Assembly (NCBI GenBank): GCA_963779615.1
Contig: CAVZZA010000001.1
Location: 320,001 to 384,000, forward strand
DNA: 64,000 nt
Direction of reading: 5' to 3'
From: an uncultured Nitrososphaeraceae archaeon
Lineage (GTDB): Archaea; Thermoproteota; Nitrososphaeria; Nitrososphaerales; Nitrososphaeraceae
The translations under genes were made by a program, and so were the position numbers. The notes below the pieces were generated by a model, which was not told the origin of the DNA, ran no database searches, and worked only from the letters and a program-made list of their open reading frames with translations. Of the stretch, positions 1 through 9,731 are shown piece by piece. The stretch's first letter is position 1. Every line of letters begins with the position of its first letter.

Positions 1-597
1 GGTCTTAATAAAATTTTGTTGGTGGCACATGACGTTGGCTCACAAACAGCTTATTCATATGCAGCAGACTATCCAAGTAATGTAAGTAAATTAGTGATCA
101 TGGACTTTCCCTTCCCAGGATTCTTACCTTCATCGTTTGGTCAGAATGGACCTTGGTGGTTTGCTTTCCAGCAAGTGCCTAACTTGCCAGAATCCCTAGT
201 GCAAGGTAAGGAGCGAGAATACATATCATGGTTCTTCCAAGGATTGGCTTATAACCCATCTGCAGTTACGGATAAAGATATAGATATATACGCAAGTCAT
301 ATTTCAGGACCTGGTGGAGTAAAGGGAGCATTTGAACATTTTAGATCTTTCCCGATGGATGCAGAGCAAAATAAAGAATCAGCTATGCACAAGATAACAA
401 TGCCTGTATTGGTATTAGGCGGCGATGTTTACCCTGCTCTAGGCGGTGATCTTCCTGGCAACTTTGCGTTAAACTCGACACAGGCACTAGCTACAAATGT
501 AAAAGGCGTCACAGTTCCACTTTCAGGACATTGGATTCCAGAAGAGCAGCCGGATTTTGTCATAAAGCAGCTTACAGCATTCTTTAAAGAAGGATAG
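1..597 (+). CDS. Alpha/beta hydrolase (epoxide hydrolase-like), 5' end outside window
   Basis: Frame open from base 1 (GLNKILLVAHDVGSQ). Nucleophile elbow HDVG, WWFAF cap motif, catalytic His in SGHWIPEEQP. Confidence 0.85.
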   Translation, partial: GLNKILLVAHDVGSQTAYSYAADYPSNVSKLVIMDFPFPGFLPSSFGQNGPWWFAFQQVPNLPESLVQGKEREYISWFFQGLAYNPSAVTDKDIDIYASHISGPGGVKGAFEHFRSFPMDAEQNKESAMHKITMPVLVLGGDVYPALGGDLPGNFALNSTQALATNVKGVTVPLSGHWIPEEQPDFVIKQLTAFFKEG

Positions 598-947
598 AGA
601 AGTAGTTTCAAGAAAACACTATTTTTTTAATTATCCCCAAATGACTTTTTGACTAGATCTGGATACAGTTTCAGCTATCTAGATCTTTCAATATCTTACA
701 TATCCTGGCTTATGATAGGTTTAATACCCATTGTCTTCAAATGAGCATTCCATTTTCACGCAAAAGGGCTTTCAGAATTGGAACTATTTAGCTTTATCGT
801 TTACGTTGCCAAAATCCAAATCGAATAACTTTGCGTAGTTTTTGTTAGTATAAAAGGAATTATAAAAAACTAGATTGTGTTTAATTTTTACGATTATCAT
901 ATTCAAGTTCACATGTATCATCGATTACCCTGATATGATTCTGGTGT

Positions 948-1154
948 TTAGATTGCAAAAGGCGAACCCCCTCGCTCCAGCGCTGCCAGACGCCCCTTCC
1001 AATCTCCTTTACGATGCGCAACCGACACTTCATATACACCACGGCGCACAGCCAAGATGGGATCATCGGATGCTTCAATGCCGTCTGTGAGGCGCGTAGG
1101 ATCGTGCAGCATCACGGGATCGCCGATCTCTTCTACCGTATCTGTTCGGATAAA
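948..1154 (-). pseudogene. C-terminal remnant of a catalase-related (SrpA-like) haem peroxidase
   Basis: Hand translation, not in ORF track: FIRTDTVEEIGDPVMLHDPTRLTDGIEASDDPILAVRRGVYEVSVAHRKGDWKGRLAALERGGSPFAI*. Carries DPxxLxDGIExSDDPIL followed by the RxxxY proximal Tyr motif. In-frame TAA at 1155-1157 upstream. GC-richer than flanks. Confidence 0.75.
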
Positions 1155-1767
1155 TTACAAAAAAATTGCAGGGAATTAAAATACTATGTCTTTATCTCCT
1201 TTCACGTTTGTAAAGTTTCATAATCTAGAGCATTGGTATCCTCTTTCTTTAACTTGCCATATAGATTGTATTGATACTCAAATCCTCTGAATTCTCTCTA
1301 GAACTTCCTCCTATCTCTTCCAACTATAACAGATGCTGTAGTGTTTAATGAAAATCAAAGATATCATAATCTACTATTTTATAACAGCATAGTGGATACC
1401 TATCTCTATTGGTGTGAAATTTACTCCATCAATGGGATCAAATTGAAAGATAAAATGGCCATTATGGGTATTTATTAATGAAATATGTTATAAGTATTCT
1501 TCCCTAGACGGTATGCAAAAAAGATGATTCTTTGGGTGCATTCTCGGGCGTAAACCCAGATGAGCACAAACACAATACATAACCAATACATGATGATGAA
1601 GGTGTCCTTTTCTGGTATTAGCAAAGAAGATGGGGCATCCCCAAGCAAAAGGCTTCCTTAAAACCACACAGCCGTTGGAATAACTTGTTTATGGTTGTGT
1701 TATGACCTTTATTGGAGATGGTTTGTTGAACTCTGGTTTTGTGCGCTTGGTGTGAACGAAAGGAAAT

Positions 1768-1845
1768 TTGACCATTTTATTGACCAGTTTGACCATTAAG
1801 TTGACCGTATTGACTAAATATTTGACCGCCTTCATAAATGTGACC
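1768..1845. repeat. Short TTGAC(C/T) motif array, alternating 12/9 bp spacing
   Basis: Motif starts at 1768, 1780, 1789, 1801, 1810, 1822, plus GTGACC at 1840. Confidence 0.7.
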
Positions 1846-2082
1846 GCCATGCACATATGCCAATATGAACCATGCCAAAAAACCTTCCTTATAATCGCGT
1901 GATACAGGATTAATTGTGGTGTATTGGCCATTCCTTTTTGATTTTTGGAAAGTAGATATCTGTAGAGCAGGGGGAACTGCAGGAGTAGAGACATCCCCAT
2001 CCCCTTATACCATCCACACAAAAAACCCATTTGGCTCCAGGAGTTCGTTGGGGAATCATGGGGCCCAATCTCCAATTTCATC

Positions 2083-2358
2083 TTGCTGGTGGTGCAGGCG
2101 GGCCTCAAAAACGCTTATGAAAGCATCAAGGCTTTCTCTGAAACCGATTTTAACGAGGATCTCAAGAAAATCGATGTCCCAACTCTAGTCATGCATGGCG
2201 AGGATGATCAGATCGTCCCTATCGAGGACTCGGCGGTCAAGTCCGCAAAGATCATCAAGGGTGCAAGAAAAATCTTTTATCCTGGCGCCCCTCACGGCCT
2301 CACGGCCACACATCAGGATCAGATAAATGCCGACCTGCTTTCATTACTGAGATCCTGA
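2083..2358 (+). pseudogene. C-terminal fragment of non-haem chloroperoxidase/perhydrolase (alpha/beta hydrolase)
   Basis: [31 protein letters not shown]...[21 protein letters not shown] is the Cpo-family C-terminus. The N-terminal part with the catalytic Ser is missing. Confidence 0.85.
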
Positions 2359-2612
2359 GGCTTGAAACGAGACCAACATCATGTATGACAGAAGACAGTC
2401 ACCTGAGGGTGCGCTCACAGGCATCCAGGTTACCGTGGAATGCATGCCCAAGGTTGTTATTAGGCAGCCACATTCAGAGCCGCGCAGTACATCTGCAAGG
2501 TTAGTCTGGACCAGTCATCTAAAGCCAATTCTGCAAATGCAAGTGAATCCACACAATATAGATTAGCTCAACTCAACACGGTAGCATGACGAAACATCTT
2601 GGGCAGAATTGA

Positions 2613-2831
2613 GGAGCTTCCTGGACATGCAGTTTCCTGCATGCAAGGCATACACCCGTTCATTCCCATTACTAAGGAAGTTGGAAGACCGTTATTGAAA
2701 GGACAGTGCTGTACATAGGGACAGGAACAAAAGACTTTGGAGATTGTTTTCCATTCAAGTTTAAGGATTGTAATCCACTGCACGCAAGGAATTGGATGAG
2801 CATGTTTGCAGGCCTCATGACAGCGATTTGA
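2613..2831 (+). mobile_element. Degenerate IS6/IS240-family transposase C-terminal remnant
   Basis: Hand translation GASW...HSHY*GSWKTVIERTVLYIGTGTKDFGDCFPFKFKDCNPLHARNWMSMF resembles the thaumarchaeal IS6-type tail (IERTMQYIKDRTExFDDYFPC...HVxNWLxLF). Internal TAA at 2673-2675. Confidence 0.5.
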
Positions 2832-2904
2832 AAAACGTTTAAGAGAACAGGCATACAGAAGACTATTTCATTAATATGAACAACAGGCCCCATGCCTGAT
2901 CGCT

Positions 2905-3927
2905 CTAGTTACCTGTTGTAAGTACACATCTAAACCTTGGTTTACCGCTCATCATTAAATCATAGGCTTCTGCCGCACGCTCTAGTGGAAAGACTTCGTT
3001 CATAGACCTTACACCAGAGAGAACACTAAATGATAAGGTATCTTGTGAATCAATTGAAGTACCAGACGGCCAGCCTATCAATGATCGGCGCCCCTGGATA
3101 AATAGAGATGTAGGCACTTCAACTGGCTCATCAGATGCTCCAATTATTACAATCTTTCCATTGACTGCGAGGCCCCCGAGGATTTGACTCATGGCTTTTC
3201 CACTTGGCACTGTTGCAAGTATGACTTTGGCTCCTCCCAGTTTGTTAAGCTCTTCGACAGCATTCTGCGAACGGTTATCAATGTATTGTCTTGCGCCAAG
3301 CTTCTTCACCAGTTCCTCTTCGTCCTTTCCCCTTGCAATAGCGATGGTTTTAAAACCCATTTTGGAAGCAAATTGAACACCCAGATGCCCAAGTCCTCCT
3401 ATTCCAAGAATGGCAACCACATCACCTGGACGTGCTCCGCTATTTCTTAGAGAATGGTAAGTTGTAATGCCAGCACACATAAGAGGTGCAGCTTCTGTTG
3501 CTGACAACTCATCAGGGATAATTGCAAGTGCCTCAGTTGGAACTATAACATAATCAGAATAGCCACCATCATATGAAATACCAGGCACTTGTGCATACAG
3601 GCAAGTAACAAAATCGCCTCGTCGACACGATTCACAATGGCCACAATGACCTCCATGCCAGCCAACAGCTACTCTCTGCCCGGCTTTCCATTTAGTGTTA
3701 TCAACGTCTTTACCCACTGCATCAATAACCCCTGCAATCTCATGACCTGGAACCCGGGGATATTGGATGCCCGGGAATAGTCCCTCCTTAGTAAAGGAAT
3801 CGCTATGACATACACCACAGGCTTGTACCTTGATACGTACTTGCACAGGACCAGGTTCTGGAATGTCTCGTTCTACCATTTCAAAAGGCCCTCCAGGCCT
3901 GGATACCTGTACTGAGCGCATATGCAT
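2905..3927 (-). CDS. Zn-dependent alcohol dehydrogenase (MDR family)
   Basis: CGVCHSD, GHEIAG, structural Zn CGHCESC...C, GIGGLG Rossmann motif. Confidence 0.95.
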   Translation of the reverse strand: MHMRSVQVSRPGGPFEMVERDIPEPGPVQVRIKVQACGVCHSDSFTKEGLFPGIQYPRVPGHEIAGVIDAVGKDVDNTKWKAGQRVAVGWHGGHCGHCESCRRGDFVTCLYAQVPGISYDGGYSDYVIVPTEALAIIPDELSATEAAPLMCAGITTYHSLRNSGARPGDVVAILGIGGLGHLGVQFASKMGFKTIAIARGKDEEELVKKLGARQYIDNRSQNAVEELNKLGGAKVILATVPSGKAMSQILGGLAVNGKIVIIGASDEPVEVPTSLFIQGRRSLIGWPSGTSIDSQDTLSFSVLSGVRSMNEVFPLERAAEAYDLMMSGKPRFRCVLTTGN

Positions 3928-4530
3928 TATTATGATCTTCGCTCTATTTATGGTTGTGGTACTTGTGAATCATCGCTTTAGCCTTTACCAAAAGTCCTAA
4001 ATTCAAGCGTGTAAAAGGGGATTTGGCATGTTTAATATTTTTTACCCCAAGTAAAAGAGGGGCAAAATTATGACAACAGGGCCTTCATAATTCCCTCTAC
4101 TTCAATACCAATAAATTAATTTTACAATAGCGCACGCAAAGACAAAGGATTTGACATATGCTATTATCTACAAATCATTTTAATATTGGGGTCCATGAAT
4201 TCATTGTTTGAAATCGAGGGAGGTGCTGAAGTGGGACGAATCCATACTGTATACTCGCGTATTCGCCAATTATATTTTTTATTTACATAATAGATCTGAT
4301 GCGTAATTATACATGTATCAAAATTTTACAGATTCGTAAGTATATATTGAAATATTGTATTTTAATTAATGAATTGTAATTAAGACGCGTCAACTTTTTA
4401 GAAATTTTTCTAATGATATTAAATACGCAAGAGATCTAATGTAGAGGAGGATTAATGGAATTTGAATCTGCAACCTGCATCCATGGATTTGTGATATAAA
4501 CTATTTGATGATCCAAATCAGTTAATTTAT

Positions 4531-4559
4531 TCATGATTATGGTTCATAATATTGCATGA
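4531..4559. promoter_or_regulatory. Nested palindrome upstream of Mo/W transporter operon (candidate operator)
   Basis: TCATG-ATTATG-GTT-CATAAT-ATTG-CATGA, just upstream of TTTTATAA. Confidence 0.3.
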
Positions 4560-4597
4560 CAATTTATTTTTATAATGTTGTCTATACCGAATAACAT

Positions 4598-5611
4598 GTG
4601 GTTACCAATATATCAACCATCATGAACAAGAAAGGTCTATTCGTAATTCCATTTGTTATCATTGGTATATTTTCTATACACACAGTAGGTGAATTTTCCA
4701 TTGCAAACGGCACAAATGATGATCCAGGCAAAGTCTTTGTAATGTATGCAGGGTCTCTTGTAAAAACATTTGAGGATGTGATAGGGCCTGCATTTCAAAA
4801 CGAAACTGGCTATGCATATGTAGGTGAAGGTAAAGGATCAGTCCAAGTTGCAAATTTGATCAAAGATGGATTTAGGACTCCAGATGTATTTGTGAGTGCT
4901 GGAACAATTCCAATCACGAGGTTGATGAACAATACTCCTCCTCTTGCAGAGTGGCTTTTAGAGTTTGGTTCTGCCGAAATGGTAATAGCTTACTCGACAA
5001 ATAGTCCATACTATAACGATTTAGAAAAGGCAAGAAAAGGCGAAATACCATGGTATGATGTTATTTCTAAAGAAGGATTCAAATTTGGTAGGACGGATCC
5101 CGAATTAGATCCAAAAGGATACTATACCATCATCACTGCCAAACTGGCCAATATCTATTACAATGATTCATCCATCAAAGAAAGAATTTTGGGCGGGGAT
5201 AGAAATCCTAAACAGATTTTTCCTGAAGAGATACTAAAAACAATACTGGAATCAGGGCAACTTGATGCAGTAGTTGCCTACAAACATGAAGCAGTTTCCA
5301 GGGGACTTCCATATATCACACTACCTACAGAGATTAATCTTAGCGACCCTGCATTTTCTGATTTCTATAAAAAGGCTACTTATACATTAGAATCCGACCA
5401 GAAAATAATTTATGGCGAACCGATTTACTTCTCAATTACAATACCGCAATCCGTAAAAAATGCAAATGGCGCAATCTCGTTTGTAAACTTTTTAATTTCA
5501 AAAAACGGCTCACAAATATTGGAAAATCAAGGGCTTAACCCTGTAGGCATATCCACTAAAGGAGACACAGGCAAAATACCTATATCTATAAAAGATATGA
5601 CTTCACAGTAA
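4598..5611 (+). CDS. wtpA: Tungstate/molybdate ABC transporter substrate-binding protein (WtpA/ModA family)
   Basis: N-terminal hydrophobic anchor, YAGSL, GSVQVA, PDVFVSA, FGRTDPELDPKGYY, LPTEINL motifs. Start may be ATG 4622. Confidence 0.85.
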   Translation: MVTNISTIMNKKGLFVIPFVIIGIFSIHTVGEFSIANGTNDDPGKVFVMYAGSLVKTFEDVIGPAFQNETGYAYVGEGKGSVQVANLIKDGFRTPDVFVSAGTIPITRLMNNTPPLAEWLLEFGSAEMVIAYSTNSPYYNDLEKARKGEIPWYDVISKEGFKFGRTDPELDPKGYYTIITAKLANIYYNDSSIKERILGGDRNPKQIFPEEILKTILESGQLDAVVAYKHEAVSRGLPYITLPTEINLSDPAFSDFYKKATYTLESDQKIIYGEPIYFSITIPQSVKNANGAISFVNFLISKNGSQILENQGLNPVGISTKGDTGKIPISIKDMTSQ

Positions 5612-5657
5612 CAAGAACAAAATCTAATGATGACATACAAGAATATGCGGTAAGACG

Positions 5658-6479
5658 ATGTATATGAGTAACAAGAGCAAGATAGTCAATTTCAACCTCA
5701 TAATGTGCGTTTTAGCTGGCATAGCCGTAATTTATATTATTTATCCTCTTGCCAGTATCTTTGTTTTTTCAGAGCCTGAAAATCTTTTAGATTCATTTAC
5801 ACGGCCCAAGGTTATTGATGCTTTAGTTCTTAGCATTATCTCTGCATCAATTTCAACTATGTTAATATCCATCTTTGGAATACCCCTTGCGTTCTGCTTG
5901 GCCAGGTATAGGTTTCCAGGCAGTTTTCTAGTAAGGGTTGTTGTCATCATTCCATTAGTTCTACCGCCATTAGCAAGCGGTGCACTCCTTTTAGGAGTAT
6001 TTAGTCCGCAAACATCACCTTTAGATAGGGTTTTTCCCGGAATAGAGTTTACGCAATCTTTAGTTGGGGTCATTATTGCACAAACTTATGTTGCCGCTCC
6101 ATTTATGATTCTCGCCAGTCAAGCTGCGTTTGAATCAGTTGATGAGTCATTTGAAAAAATTGCCCGAGTTTTAGGTAAGAAGAAGATAGAGGTCTTTGTA
6201 AGGATTTCACTTCCATTGGCTAAAAAGGGGATTATCATAGGTTTCATAATGACCTGGATAAGGGCAGTAGGGGAACTTGGAGCAACTATAATGATGGCGT
6301 ACAATCCACACACCATCTCCATTCAAATATTTGAAGATAATGCAATTGGTGGGTTACGACAGGCTATTCCAAGTATTGTAATGGTCATCTTGCTCTCAGT
6401 TGTCATGATATTTTTATATTCCATTATAATTAAAAGACTAGACGATAAAGCAACAAAAGATGTTTTAAACTTAAGGTGA
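5658..6479 (+). CDS. wtpB: Molybdate/tungstate ABC permease (WtpB/ModB)
   Basis: IPLVLPPLASG, EAA-like loop FEKIARVLG, RAVGELGAT, multiple TM helices. Confidence 0.88.
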   Translation: MYMSNKSKIVNFNLIMCVLAGIAVIYIIYPLASIFVFSEPENLLDSFTRPKVIDALVLSIISASISTMLISIFGIPLAFCLARYRFPGSFLVRVVVIIPLVLPPLASGALLLGVFSPQTSPLDRVFPGIEFTQSLVGVIIAQTYVAAPFMILASQAAFESVDESFEKIARVLGKKKIEVFVRISLPLAKKGIIIGFIMTWIRAVGELGATIMMAYNPHTISIQIFEDNAIGGLRQAIPSIVMVILLSVVMIFLYSIIIKRLDDKATKDVLNLR

Positions 6480-6510
6480 GCAGAAATCACGAAGAAGGAG
6501 GAGAATTAAT

Positions 6511-7590
6511 ACGGTACTAGAACTTGTTAATGTCACCAAAGACTTTCCTGGATTCCGGCTAGGGCCTTTGAATTTGAAAGTGGATGACGATCAGATCTTA
6601 GTAATGATTGGACCTACTGGAAGTGGCAAAACTACAATCCTTAACCTGATTGTCGGGTTAATTAAACCAGATAGCGGCTCGATTATCATCGATAAAGTAG
6701 ATATAACAAACTTACCAGTTGAATCAAGGAACATAGGATATTCTTTTCAAAATCCTTGCCTATTTCCTCACATGAGTGTATATGATAATATTACTTTTGG
6801 TCTTAAAAAAGAGGACAGTAAGAAAAAAGACGACCAGATTAAAAACCTTTTTGAAAACCTTGGAATATTACGCCTTTTGAATCGTCATATACATGGACTT
6901 AGTGGGGGTGAGATGCAAAAAATATCATTGGCAAGAATGCTGATAACTGAACCGAAAATAATGCTTATGGATGAGCCTCTCGCTCATCTTGATGATCTAA
7001 CCAAAAGAAACATTAGAGTAGATCTTAGAAAAATACTTAAAAAACAAAGAGTGTCTGGCATATATGTAACTCATTTTGCAGATGACGTTTATGCACTTGC
7101 TGATTCAGTATCGGTATTAAGAAAAGGCTGTATTGAGAGAACAGACACTTTAAGAACAATATTATCATATTCTAATCATTCGTCGTCACCTTTTTTATAT
7201 GAAATTTTTAATGGAGGCTACAATTACATAGATGGCAAGGTAACATCATCAATAAATGGCGTTACTGTTTTCATGAGTGGATCTCATAAAATTGAAACAA
7301 TTGGAGATTATCCAATGGATTCTATGATTGGAGTGTTGATTAGGCCTGAAGACATCATTCTTTCATTGGAACCGATAAAAACAAGTGCACGTAATATAAT
7401 AAAGACAAAAGTAGCCTACATTGTTAATTCACGATTAAAAAAAGGAGTTATGGACATACACCTTGTGATAGACAACATTCATTTGATATCCAGAATCACA
7501 AATGAATCCCGAATTTATCTTGGAGTTAAGGAGGGTGACTATATTTATGCAATGTTCAAAGCTACATCCCCTCAAATAATACGTGAGTGA
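6511..7590 (+). CDS. wtpC: Molybdate/tungstate ABC ATPase with TOBE domain (WtpC/ModC); start codon uncertain
   Basis: Walker A GPTGSGKT, LSGGE, DEP, C-terminal TSARN TOBE motif. Conserved-looking N-terminus TVLELVNVTKDFPGFRLG extends upstream of TTG 6568 with no canonical in-frame start. Confidence 0.85.
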   Translation, partial: TVLELVNVTKDFPGFRLGPLNLKVDDDQILVMIGPTGSGKTTILNLIVGLIKPDSGSIIIDKVDITNLPVESRNIGYSFQNPCLFPHMSVYDNITFGLKKEDSKKKDDQIKNLFENLGILRLLNRHIHGLSGGEMQKISLARMLITEPKIMLMDEPLAHLDDLTKRNIRVDLRKILKKQRVSGIYVTHFADDVYALADSVSVLRKGCIERTDTLRTILSYSNHSSSPFLYEIFNGGYNYIDGKVTSSINGVTVFMSGSHKIETIGDYPMDSMIGVLIRPEDIILSLEPIKTSARNIIKTKVAYIVNSRLKKGVMDIHLVIDNIHLISRITNESRIYLGVKEGDYIYAMFKATSPQIIRE

Positions 7591-8264
7591 AACCTTGGTT
7601 TTGTACTATCGAACGTCATAGATTTATTTATCAAACTAATAGAAACCTGAACTTCGTTATGAATTATTATAATAATTCCTTTTCTCCATGTTGTTTTTTT
7701 TTGACGGTTGTTTTTAAACTGTTAAGGTATTGTCAAACACTATTACTATATTTTATCGAACGCTTTATGCTATAAAGCGTTACTTAATCAAGATAAAAAC
7801 TAGTATCCTGCTATTTGAATTTTCAATTTATCCATTACACTGACTATAACTTGGATTTTATCAATCTTTAATAATAGTAGTAAAATCCCTTTATGCATAT
7901 TCTCATGAAAAGAAGGGTTAGTTTAACTACCACCACCAACGCTAATTGTGCATAGCAAGCAGAGAATTGGATGAGTAAATGTGGTGAAAAACAATAAAGG
8001 CCATAGTTGAAGATGCAATAGCCAGGCTTTAACATCACCCTCATTGACGATAATCAAACCCATTCTGTTCAATATCCAGATTCAGGTATACTTTGGGTGT
8101 TTCAGTCTGTTTTTTTAACTCCACACCATATTTAGATGCCAGGCTAGCAATCTTTCGCTTTTGTTCGTTATCAATGGCAAAGGCTGCATGGTGGTGTCTG
8201 AAATTTCCACACCGGTTTCCACAAAATACAAAATTAATAATTTAATTAATTAAATGTGTAAAAC

Positions 8265-8930
8265 CTACATTTTAAATCCCCTACTCAGCATTATCAATTC
8301 TGGGCCAGTCGTTAAACTACCAACAACTAGGGCTTTTGAATTACAAAGTATTCCTGAAGAAAGATATGGGATGCCTCCATTGATTGTTAAAGCTTCTACA
8401 TCCACTTTTAAAATGGATGCAACAGATTCGATTTCTTTTTCTGAAGCATTTGGATGAATTGCTGCACCATTGTTATTGCACACTATCATAGACCCTGTTT
8501 GATTAAATCCTGCGACAGACGTTGTAAGTACATTGATTCCAAGAACATCCTCTATTTGTTTGTCAAATTCGCCTTTAAAGAGCGGCGAGACTATGGCACC
8601 ATTATCATTTGCAGAAATTAGGTTTCCAACTGCGGTATGTTTTGATTCCAAACGTGCAATATTAAGCCCAGTTACTTGTTTAAGGTATGTTATTTCTTCA
8701 TCTGATGCTAACGAGGGCAATAACATACCGTTATTGTTTAAAACCACCATAGGTCCAATAATTCTATGTCCACCTATTGAAACAAAAACTGGATCGACTT
8801 CTAGATAGTCAATTAATCTTTTACTTTTGGTTTCAGCATATCCGTATGGAAGCAATACGATACTGTCGTTAGATTTGGCGAATATGCCAACATTAGGACT
8901 CTTGTATAAATCATATCTAAAAATACCCAA
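8265..8930 (-). CDS. eif6: Translation initiation factor 6 (aIF6)
   Basis: SPNVGIFA, AVGNLISANDNGAIV, NNNGAAIHP, TTGPEL. Likely TTG start at 8930. Confidence 0.93.
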   Translation of the reverse strand: MGIFRYDLYKSPNVGIFAKSNDSIVLLPYGYAETKSKRLIDYLEVDPVFVSIGGHRIIGPMVVLNNNGMLLPSLASDEEITYLKQVTGLNIARLESKHTAVGNLISANDNGAIVSPLFKGEFDKQIEDVLGINVLTTSVAGFNQTGSMIVCNNNGAAIHPNASEKEIESVASILKVDVEALTINGGIPYLSSGILCNSKALVVGSLTTGPELIMLSRGFKM

Positions 8931-9065
8931 ATAATGTGTTAAATATATATAATTTATCATATGAACTTATTGGTTAAAAATTTAATATTGTAAAATTATT
9001 AAAAATATAAAATAATACCAATGATTAATCATTAATAGAATCAACAGCGATGTTAAAAAAAAAAT

Positions 9066-9722
9066 ATGTACACTACTTTTTTTTTATTGGCATATATACT
9101 GATATTTTATAATTTGTTCCTAATACAATATTTTAATGCGGTCACATATTCACAAAATTCATACTCAAATACAAAAATAAAACAAGATATAACCAGCAGC
9201 AGCAGCAGCAGCAGCACAAATAATGCCAAGTGGCTCTATTATACGGATAAAAAAGAGAACTTTACTATAATATATCCAAATGAATGGGAAATCGTTAAAA
9301 GTAAAAATAATGACAACAATCAAACTGGCCACATTACAATATTTAGATCGCCTAAAGAAAATCTGAATGATACTTTTCAGGATAATATTGTCATAAGCAT
9401 AATAAAACCAAATAGGGACATATCAAACAATAACAATGATTTTGAAATACAAACAATAGTTAAAAAACTAGCAATAAATAACAATGATTTTAAACTGGAA
9501 AATATTTCAACCATAGATATAAACGGTCATCACTCAGGAAAGGGGATAAAGTATAGTTTTAAAAAATCGGGAATAGACTTTACAACTGAACAAATATTTT
9601 CAACCATAAACAACAAGATTTACATATTTTCATTATTGACTGAACAGGATTCATTTGAAAACTATCATCCGATATTAGACTTTATGTTAAAAAATTTAAC
9701 GTTGAAAAATGATACAGCATGA
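9066..9722 (+). CDS. Secreted/membrane-anchored PsbP-like protein
   Basis: N-terminal TM, poly-Ser linker, WLYYTDKKENFTIIYPNEW and NNKIYIF...FENYHPILDFMLK pattern. Confidence 0.65.
   Translation: MYTTFFLLAYILIFYNLFLIQYFNAVTYSQNSYSNTKIKQDITSSSSSSSTNNAKWLYYTDKKENFTIIYPNEWEIVKSKNNDNNQTGHITIFRSPKENLNDTFQDNIVISIIKPNRDISNNNNDFEIQTIVKKLAINNNDFKLENISTIDINGHHSGKGIKYSFKKSGIDFTTEQIFSTINNKIYIFSLLTEQDSFENYHPILDFMLKNLTLKNDTA
9195..9215 (+). repeat. (AGC)7 microsatellite encoding poly-Ser
   Basis: Seven AGC units in frame within the PsbP-like ORF. Confidence 0.9.
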
Positions 9723-9731
9723 TATTTTTTC

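Noticed and set aside
875-1223. ORF-track ORFs 875-1090, 881-1078 and 1014-1223
   Set aside because: Alternative frames over the GC-rich catalase remnant, which explains the region better.
4011-4062. GTAAAAGGGG / GTAAAAGAGGGG repeats as ORB elements or IS ends
   Set aside because: No TTCCAxTGGAA core, no cdc6 adjacent, no paired element end.
4440-4490. tRNA-like fragment (GGAATTTGAATCTGCAACC, resembling a reverse T-arm) as an integration scar
   Set aside because: Too degenerate. No cloverleaf and no matching second copy seen.
8200-8225. GTGGAAA pair as mini-ORB
   Set aside because: Only two short matches and no initiator gene in the window.
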